Assembly: GCF_000189295.2 (NCBI RefSeq)
Contig: NC_016803.1
Coordinates: forward strand, 1,890,001 to 1,922,000
Length of the DNA: 32,000 nt
Direction: 5' to 3'
Source of the DNA: Pseudodesulfovibrio mercurii
GTDB taxonomy: Bacteria > Desulfobacterota > Desulfovibrionia > Desulfovibrionales > Desulfovibrionaceae
Positions 1 to 5,697 of this stretch are shown here, one piece after another. Each line of letters begins with the position of its first letter. Within the stretch, counting starts at the first letter, position 1. A program made the translations under genes and the position numbers. The notes below the pieces were generated by a model. The model was not told the origin of the DNA. It ran no database searches and saw only the letters and a program-made list of their open reading frames with translations.

Positions 1-2
1 AG

Positions 3-317
3 CAGCTCGAAGGCTACTTCCAGGACAAGGAAGCGTCCCCGATCCGCGTGTATCTCGCGGCCGGCGGCTGAGCGGGCCCGCGCCTGACCCTGGCTCTGGA
101 TGAGCCTAACGATATGGACGACGTGTCCGAGGCCGGTGGATTCACCTTCCTCGTGGAAAAGGACCTGCTGGCCCAGACCGGCGATATCAGAATCGACATG
201 ACCTACTACGGATTCGTCGTGGAGTCCCAGAACCCGGTCAGCGGCGGCGGCGACAGCTGCTCCTGCTCCTCCTCGGGTTCCTGCTCCTCCGCAGGCTCCG
301 GCGGCTGCGGCTGCTAG
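3..317 (+). CDS. HesB/IscA-like (A-type Fe-S carrier fold) selenoprotein. The 5' end is truncated by the window edge (about 10 codons missing). The in-frame TGA at 69-71 is read as selenocysteine.
   Basis: The frame starting at nt 3 is open to the TAG at 315-317 except for the TGA at 69-71. The translation QLEGYFQDKEASPIRVYLAAGG-U-AGPRLTLALDE aligns residue for residue with ELTKYFEDKDVQPIRVHLADGG-C-AGPRLSLALDE of the paralog at 895..1215. Similarity continues on both sides of the TGA. The C-terminus ends in CGC, like the IscA C-G-C motif. Confidence 0.8.
92..106 (+). promoter_or_regulatory. Candidate SECIS-like recoding hairpin: GGCUC-UGGAU-GAGCC.
   Basis: It is a 5-bp stem with a G-containing 5-nt loop. 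The loop starts 26 nt after the UGA. The equivalent codons in the Cys paralog (GGCCCUGGACGAGGU) cannot form this hairpin. The self-complementary GCGGGCCCGC at 72-81 is also unique to the Sec copy. The structure is small and was not scored with a model. Confidence 0.35.
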
Positions 318-361
318 CCGCCAGCTGCCGATACGACGCCATCCGCTGCGTTGCTGCAAAA

Positions 362-410
362 GGCCCGGACCCTCGCGTATGAAGATACGCTTCGGCCCCG
401 GGCCTTTTTT
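362..410 (+). terminator. Family A hairpin plus T-tract (copy A1). Probable intrinsic terminator of the Sec-HesB gene.
   Basis: GGCCCGG (362-368) pairs with CCGGGCC (398-404). There is an inner stem GCGTAT/ATACGC, followed by T6 at 405-410. It lies 45 nt after the stop codon. Confidence 0.6.
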
Positions 411-473
411 GCGCCTTGCGGCTGACGCCGTCTCGACAGCTGGCTCTCGCACGTTGAGGCGGTAAGAAAAAAT

Positions 474-523
474 GCCCGGACTGTTGCGTATGTTTTGATA
501 CGCTTCGGTCCCGGGCTTTTTTT
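474..523 (+). repeat. Family A hairpin plus T-tract (copy A2).
   Basis: GCCCGG...CCGGGC with inner stem GCGTAT/ATACGC and T7 at 517-523. It is followed by the shared tail GCGCCTTGCGGC. Confidence 0.6.
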
Positions 524-589
524 GCGCCTTGCGGCTCACCACTTCTCGCCAGCTAGCCCATCTCCCGCCAAGGGAATTGGGCGGGACGC

Positions 590-638
590 GCCCGGACCCT
601 CGCATATGTTTTGGTATGCTTCGCCCCCGGGCCCTTTT
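590..638 (+). repeat. Family A hairpin (copy A3) with a weaker T-tract.
   Basis: GCCCGG...CCGGGC. The inner stem is changed to GCATA/TATGC, a compensated G:C to A:T change relative to A1. It has the shared tail GCGCCTTGCGGCTGACGCCGTCTC. Confidence 0.55.
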
Positions 639-894
639 GCGCCTTGCGGCTGACGCCGTCTCACGAGTTGGGCCATTTCCATTATATAAAATCGGGCGAG
701 GCGGGGTGCGGGCGGTCGTTCGCCTGGTTGCGGCTTGGGGCGAGCGGATTTCCGGGGATGAAATTTCAGATTTTTTCAGTCGGGATTACGGCGGGTTGGG
801 GCGGCCGGATCGGGTTGTGCATCGTTTTTCTCTTTACATCGGATAGATGATCCTTATTGTCTTGGGGAACGAACCCCATCCAGGAGAGAATCAT

Positions 895-1215
895 ATGATC
901 ACAGTTTCCGAATCGGCCCAGAATGAACTGACCAAATATTTCGAGGACAAGGACGTGCAGCCCATCCGGGTGCACCTGGCCGACGGCGGTTGCGCCGGTC
1001 CGCGCCTGTCCCTGGCCCTGGACGAGGTGCGCGAAGGCGACAAGTCCGTGGAGCAGGGAGCCTTCACCTTCCTGATCAACGAGGAACTGGCCCAGGCCTC
1101 GGGCGCGGTCTCCATCGACATGACCCCCTACGGCTTCCAGGTCTCTTCCGAGAACCAGATCGGCGGCGGGGGTTGCGGATGCTCCTCCTGCGGCACCGGC
1201 TCCTGCGGCTGCTAG
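895..1215 (+). CDS. HesB/IscA-like protein. This is the cysteine paralog of the upstream selenoprotein, with a Gly/Cys-rich C-terminal tail.
   Basis: ATG at 895 is preceded by AGGAGAG at 882-888. The product is 106 aa: MITVSESAQNELTKYFEDKDVQPIRVHLADGGCAGPRLSLALDE...GGGGCGCSSCGTGSCGC. Cys33 is encoded by TGC at 991-993. Confidence 0.85.
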   Translation: MITVSESAQNELTKYFEDKDVQPIRVHLADGGCAGPRLSLALDEVREGDKSVEQGAFTFLINEELAQASGAVSIDMTPYGFQVSSENQIGGGGCGCSSCGTGSCGC

Positions 1216-1253
1216 GCCGCGATAAGCGGCGATCCGCTGCGTTGCTTCAAAAA

Positions 1254-1301
1254 GCCCGGACCCTCGCGTATTAAGATACGCTTCGGTCCCGGGCTTTTTT
1301 T
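1254..1301 (+). terminator. Family A hairpin plus T-tract (copy A4). Probable terminator of the Cys-HesB gene.
   Basis: It has the same architecture as A1: GCCCGG...CCGGGC followed by T7 at 1295-1301. The upstream flank ATCCGCTGCGTTGCT is shared with A1. Confidence 0.6.
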
Positions 1302-1510
1302 GCGCCTTGCGGCTGACGCCGTCTCGCCAGCCAGCCCATCTCCCGCCAAGGGGATTGGGCGGATCGCGTCGGGGACGCCCGCAGTCGCGGGCTGTCGACG
1401 TCATCGGATCGGGAAAGGCAAAAAGCCGCCAGGAATCTTTCCATATAAAAAGCGAAACACCATATCGCGTTTCGCTTTTCAAACGGAAAACCACACCCCA
1501 CCATCCCCCA

Positions 1511-1554
1511 TGGAGCGCCTTCGGGTGCCCCCGGCACCCGAACAGCGGCTCTCG
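1511..1554 (-). repeat. Family C hairpin module (copy C1).
   Basis: The reverse complement reads GAGAGCCGCTGTTCGGGTGCCGGGGGCACCCGAAGGCGCTCCA. This matches 18326-18366 and 31805-31845. Confidence 0.6.
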
Positions 1555-1621
1555 CGCCAGCACGCTGTTCCGCACAACGCACCCCGGCCACGGGGCCGCT
1601 CCCCCGCGCCCCTCGCCATCA

Positions 1622-1740
1622 GGCTTGGGAGAGTGGGTCAGCTGTGCATTTTCTTCCGGCCGCGACAACCGCAGCGTAGCCGTCTACGTGAGGATTGGCG
1701 CGGCCGGAAAAAATGTGCAGATGGCCCGCTCTCGCAAGCC
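1622..1740 (+). repeat. Family B long hairpin element (copy B1).
   Basis: It has a 31-position outer stem (1622-1652 with 1710-1740) and a perfect 11-bp second stem (1654-1664 with 1699-1709). The conserved core is CC-GCAG-[5-bp hairpin]-UGA-GG-A. Confidence 0.7.
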
Positions 1741-1760
1741 GCGCCCGAGCCTCCTCCCCC

Positions 1761-1794
1761 AAAGAAAAAGGGCGGTGCTCGCTTGGCACCGCCC
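1761..1794 (-). terminator. Intrinsic terminator for the PaaK-like gene.
   Basis: A 9-bp stem, GGGCGGTGC (1770-1778) with GCACCGCCC (1786-1794). The A-rich run at 1761-1769 reads as a U-tract on the minus strand. Confidence 0.55.
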
Positions 1795-1834
1795 ACTTCG
1801 ATTAGGACCGCAATCCCGGCCCTGACAGCCGGGT

Positions 1835-3073
1835 TTAATCGAAAGTCCTTTCATCGACGAGACGAGGGGCGTTCTCAGGCAGGGTGCCGGGGACGCAGGT
1901 CTCGACGACTGGTCGCAGTTTCATCGTGGCCTGGAAGTCGGCCTCGAAGCTTTCCGTATCGAAAGGCTGCGCCGTTTCCGCCACAACCACGAGTACGTCC
2001 CTGCCACTAACATGTTTCACCCGTATTTGCCAGCCTGAAATGGCCGGGTATCGTGAAAAGACGGTCGCGGCCTGGCCCGGATAGATGAACTGGCCCTTGA
2101 CCTTGGTTGTGTCGTCGGCCCGCCCTTTCCATCCGGTAAGCTTTCTGGCCGTGCGGCCGCAGGCGCAATGGCTCAGGTCCATGGACGACAGGTCGCCCGT
2201 GGCCAGGCGGACCAGCGGATAGTCGGTGAAGAACGGGGTGACCACCACCTCGCCCACCTCGCCGTCGGGCACGGGCAGCCCGGTGGCCGGGTCGCAGATC
2301 TCCACGTGCCGGTAGTTGGACAGGTGCATGCCGCCCAGTTCGCGGCACTCGTAGGCGATGCAGCCCACGTCCGCCGTGCCGTACCCCTGGCGCACGGTGA
2401 TGCCGAACATCTCCTGCACCTCCCGGCGCAGGCTCTCGGGCAGGGGCTCGGCCGCCACGTAGGCCTTTTCCAAATGGAAATCCGCCAGCGGGTCGAGCCC
2501 CAAGGCCACGGCCTTCTCGCCGATGACCTTCAGGTAGCTGGCCATGCCGATGAAGGCGTTGACCGGCAGCTCGGTCAGGAACTCGATCTGCTTCTCGGTG
2601 TTGCCCGGACCGGCCGGGATGACCGCGCAGCCGATGTCCCGGAGCGGCTCCTCCAGCATGAGCCCGGCCGGGGTCATGTGGTAGGAAAAGGTCATCTGCG
2701 CCAGGTCGCCGGGCCGGAACCCGGCCGCGAAGAACCCCTCGGACCAGGCCCAGTAGTCCGGCTCGCGCCCCTCGGGATCATAGATCGGGCCGGGCGACTG
2801 GTAGATGCGCCGCAGTTCGCCGGGCCTGCCGTTCAGGAACCAGCCGATGCCGTGCTCCCGCTGCCACTCAATGAGGTCCTTCTTGCGCAGGGGCGGAATC
2901 TTGGCGTAGTCGTCCCAGTCCTTGAAATCGCGCGCGCACGCTCCCAACGCCCCCAGCCGCTCCCGGAACTCGCCAGACCCGGCCTCGGCCGCCGCGAGCA
3001 CGTCCTTCACGCCCTTCCACTTGCGCTTCATCCGCTTCTCGCGCGGCTCCGTCTCATACTCGGTGTAGTACAT
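1835..3073 (-). CDS. Phenylacetate-CoA ligase family (PaaK-like) adenylate-forming enzyme.
   Basis: 412 aa, with typical PaaK-like motifs (YQSPGPIYDP, GYGTADVG, KVKGQFIYPGQ). GGGAGG lies 8 nt upstream of the ATG. Confidence 0.8.
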   Translation of the reverse strand: MYYTEYETEPREKRMKRKWKGVKDVLAAAEAGSGEFRERLGALGACARDFKDWDDYAKIPPLRKKDLIEWQREHGIGWFLNGRPGELRRIYQSPGPIYDPEGREPDYWAWSEGFFAAGFRPGDLAQMTFSYHMTPAGLMLEEPLRDIGCAVIPAGPGNTEKQIEFLTELPVNAFIGMASYLKVIGEKAVALGLDPLADFHLEKAYVAAEPLPESLRREVQEMFGITVRQGYGTADVGCIAYECRELGGMHLSNYRHVEICDPATGLPVPDGEVGEVVVTPFFTDYPLVRLATGDLSSMDLSHCACGRTARKLTGWKGRADDTTKVKGQFIYPGQAATVFSRYPAISGWQIRVKHVSGRDVLVVVAETAQPFDTESFEADFQATMKLRPVVETCVPGTLPENAPRLVDERTFD

Positions 3074-3221
3074 GCTGCGTGCCTCCCGAATCCCGTTGGA
3101 ACATTGTCGCCGCCTTGCCGCGTGTGAAAAATCCTGCCGCTGTCTTTGCCCTGAACCCTACGACAGATGCCGCATTTTTTCCACCATCCTCCTCCCACTC
3201 CCCTCCCCCGCCCCCGGAAAA

Positions 3222-3343
3222 GGCCTGGAAGAGTGGGTCAGCTGTGCATTTTTCGAGGGGAGATTTGACCGCAGTGTACTCTTCCGTACATGAGGATCAA
3301 ATCCCCCCTCGGAAAATGTGCAGATGGCCCGCTATCCCAAGCC
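3222..3343 (+). repeat. Family B long hairpin element (copy B2).
   Basis: The outer arms are nearly identical to B1. The second stem has a different sequence (CGAGGGGAGATTTGA with TCAAATCCCCCCTCG, 14 of 15 paired). The apical hairpin is changed to TGTAC/GTACA. The element ends 2 nt before the livF stop codon. Confidence 0.7.
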
Positions 3344-3344
3344 G

Positions 3345-4145
3345 CTACCCGAGCCAGCGCTTTCTTCTTCTGTAGTGTTTGACGTCGCGGTAGCTCTTCT
3401 TGTCCCCGGCGCTGCCCATGCCGAGGTAGAATTCCTGGACGTCCGGGTTGTCGAGCAGGTCCCTGGCCGTGCCGTCCATAACCACCCGGCCGTTCTCCAT
3501 GATGTAGGCGGTCTCGGCCACGGACAGGGCCGCGCGGGCGTTCTGCTCCACCAGCAGGATGGTCACGCCCTCCTTCTCGTTGAACCGCTTGATGATGTCG
3601 AAGATTTCCTCCACCAGAAGCGGGGCCAACCCCAGCGACGGCTCGTCGAGCAGAAGCAGCCTCGGCTTGGCCATGATCGCCCGGCCGATGGCGCACATCT
3701 GCTGCTCGCCGCCGGACATGTAGCCCGCCAACTGCCGCCGCCGCTCCTTGAGCCTCGGGAAATAGTCGTAGACCAGGGCCAGGGAGTCGCCCATCTCCGA
3801 ACCGGGCCGGGTGAACGCGCCGCAACGCAGGTTCTCCTCCACGGTCAGGTCCTCGAAGATGCGCCGCCCCTCCATGACCTGGAACACGCCCCGGCGCACG
3901 ATCTTCTCCGGCACCAGCCCCTGGATGGGCTGGCCGCGGTAGACCACCGCCCCGTCCGTGACCTCGCCGTCCTCGCACTGCAACAGGCCCGAAATGGCCT
4001 TCAGCGTCGTTGACTTGCCCGCGCCGTTCGCCCCGAGCAACGCCGTGATCCGCCCCTCGGGACAGGCCAGGGACAAGCCCTTCAGGACCAGGACCACGTC
4101 GTTGTACACCACTTCCAGGTTCTCGACTCTCAGGATATCGTTCAA
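3345..4145 (-). CDS. livF: Branched-chain-amino-acid-type ABC transporter ATP-binding protein (LivF-like).
   Basis: 266 aa, with Walker A GANGAGKST and signature SGGEQQM. TTG start, with GGAGG 4 nt upstream. Confidence 0.8.
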   Translation of the reverse strand: MNDILRVENLEVVYNDVVLVLKGLSLACPEGRITALLGANGAGKSTTLKAISGLLQCEDGEVTDGAVVYRGQPIQGLVPEKIVRRGVFQVMEGRRIFEDLTVEENLRCGAFTRPGSEMGDSLALVYDYFPRLKERRRQLAGYMSGGEQQMCAIGRAIMAKPRLLLLDEPSLGLAPLLVEEIFDIIKRFNEKEGVTILLVEQNARAALSVAETAYIMENGRVVMDGTARDLLDNPDVQEFYLGMGSAGDKKSYRDVKHYRRRKRWLG

Positions 4146-4159
4146 GATGCCTCCGGCGG

Positions 4160-4189
4160 CCCAAGAACCTTTTGAAAAAGGTTCTTGGG
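4160..4189. repeat. Perfect 13-bp hairpin, CCCAAGAACCTTT-TGAA-AAAGGTTCTTGGG.
   Basis: Read directly from the sequence. It lies inside the operon, between the binding-protein gene and livF. Confidence 0.6.
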
Positions 4190-4371
4190 AATCTCCAAAA
4201 CTTTTTGGCGCGCCGCTGGACCTCTATGCGGACGCCTTCATATCGTAGGCGGCGAGAGGCTTGCCGGGCAGCGGTCGGCCTGCCGCGTTCGCACCTTCCA
4301 CGCCGCCGTGTCATACTTTCATGACCTGCCCCCTTCCTGGCGGGTGGCGCCAAAAAATTCCGGAAGGGGGT

Positions 4372-4405
4372 CCGGGGGAAGCCTCTCTCAAGAGGTTTCC
4401 CCCGG
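4372..4405. repeat. Family D hairpin (copy D1).
   Basis: CCGGGGGAAGCCTCT-CTCA-AGAGGTTTCCCCCGG. It shares the GGGGGTCCGGGGGAAG base, the CTCA loop and the TTCCCCCGG close with 18446-18505. Confidence 0.6.
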
Positions 4406-4418
4406 TTCTCTTTCACAA

Positions 4419-5633
4419 CTAATGACCGAGCCACTCTTCCCGGCGTTCGAGGATCTGTTCCTTAACGAAGGTCAGTTTGCCGTCCTTGATGGTGTAGAGG
4501 AACACGGCCATGTTCGGGCGGTGGTCGTCTGGGTAAAAGGAGATGAGCGGGGCCAGGCCCATGGGGTCGTATTCCCGCAGGGTCTCCAGGGACGTCTTGA
4601 GGCTCTCGCCGGTCAGTTCGCCGTTGGCCAGGGCCCGCTTCATGCCTTCGGCCATGACCAGGACGGACACAAAGCCGCGCGTGTAGTGGGTCATCTGCGG
4701 CTGGTCGCCGGTGATCTCCCTGATGACCTTCATGCCCGGCACGTCCTGGCCGTAGACCGCGGCGGCCTGGTTGGAGTAGGAGCCCTCGGCGTCGGTGCCC
4801 GCCAGCTGGGGCAGGGTCTCGTCCGTGCCCCAGATGTCGGTGAAGAACACGGTCTCCATGCCGATGTTCTTGGCCGACTTGAGGATGACGGAGGTGGACG
4901 GCGTGGTCCCGCCGATCCAGCAGAAGTCGGGCGACTTCTCCTTGAGGGGCAGGAGCTCGGTGGTGGCGTCGATGGCGTTGAGGGCCACGTTGGCGTCGCC
5001 CACGATCTCGAAGCCGATCTCGGCGGCATACTCCTTGCCGCCCGCGATGGGGGCCAGGCCGTAGGGATGGTCGGGGTAGATGAAGGCCACCCTGGGGGGG
5101 CGCGTATCGGTCCAGTTGTCCTTGAAGTACTTGAGCGCGGCCCGGAGCTGGGTGGTGTAGTCCGAGGCGATGAAGAAGTTGTACGGGGCCACCTTGGGAT
5201 CGGTCAGGTGGGCCGAATAGGACGCGGACAGGTTGGGCACCTTGTCCTTGGCCAGGGTGCGCACCAACGCCTCGGTCACGGCCGAGCCGAACCCCTGGAT
5301 GCAGACCACGTGGTCGGTGTTGACCATCTTCTTGTACAGGGACAGTCCCTGCTGGACCTTGTAGGCGGTGTCCTGCAGGTCGAAGACCAGGGGACGGCCG
5401 TTGATGCCGCCCTGCCGGTTGACGTATTCGATCCCGCCCTTGAGCCCCTCGGCGTAGGGCGAGCCCACGGACGAGGTGGGCCCGGACAGGTCCACCAGGC
5501 CGCCGACCCGGATGGGCGCGGCCTCCTGTTTGGAGGTTGCGGCCGGTTTCTCGTCCCCGCCTCCGCAGCCGGCCAGCATCCACCCGGCCAGGAGCAGGAT
5601 GCAGGCTGCGGTTATGATGTTTCCAACCCTCAT
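4419..5633 (-). CDS. ABC transporter substrate-binding lipoprotein (LivK/Leu-Ile-Val-binding family fold).
   Basis: 404 aa. The signal peptide has the lipobox LAGC. GGAG lies 6 nt upstream of the ATG. The sequence is type-I periplasmic-binding-protein-like. Confidence 0.8.
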   Translation of the reverse strand: MRVGNIITAACILLLAGWMLAGCGGGDEKPAATSKQEAAPIRVGGLVDLSGPTSSVGSPYAEGLKGGIEYVNRQGGINGRPLVFDLQDTAYKVQQGLSLYKKMVNTDHVVCIQGFGSAVTEALVRTLAKDKVPNLSASYSAHLTDPKVAPYNFFIASDYTTQLRAALKYFKDNWTDTRPPRVAFIYPDHPYGLAPIAGGKEYAAEIGFEIVGDANVALNAIDATTELLPLKEKSPDFCWIGGTTPSTSVILKSAKNIGMETVFFTDIWGTDETLPQLAGTDAEGSYSNQAAAVYGQDVPGMKVIREITGDQPQMTHYTRGFVSVLVMAEGMKRALANGELTGESLKTSLETLREYDPMGLAPLISFYPDDHRPNMAVFLYTIKDGKLTFVKEQILERREEWLGH

Positions 5634-5697
5634 GTCGAACTCCTCGAGGTTGAAGTTGCGCGCCCGTCGGGACGCCGTTTATATCCAACCGCCGCCC

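Noticed and set aside
114-317. A 67-aa ORF treated as a complete small gene.
   Set aside because: It is the C-terminal part of a longer HesB-like reading frame that continues upstream through the in-frame TGA at 69-71. Paralog homology extends well upstream of ATG 114.
529-2010. Several ORFs starting MRL... (529..846, 1300..2010, 1307..1825), plus 766..1668 and 1271..1591 on the minus strand.
   Set aside because: Their shared N-termini simply translate the Family A repeat tail (TTGCGCCTTGCGGC...). They cross hairpin repeats and overlap the real HesB-like gene. They have no coding-like composition.
3238-4434. A 398-aa minus-strand ORF, together with the 231-aa plus-strand ORF at 3318..4013.
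   Set aside because: Both are off-frame or antisense to livF and run through intergenic hairpin repeats. They are Arg/Gly/Pro-rich.
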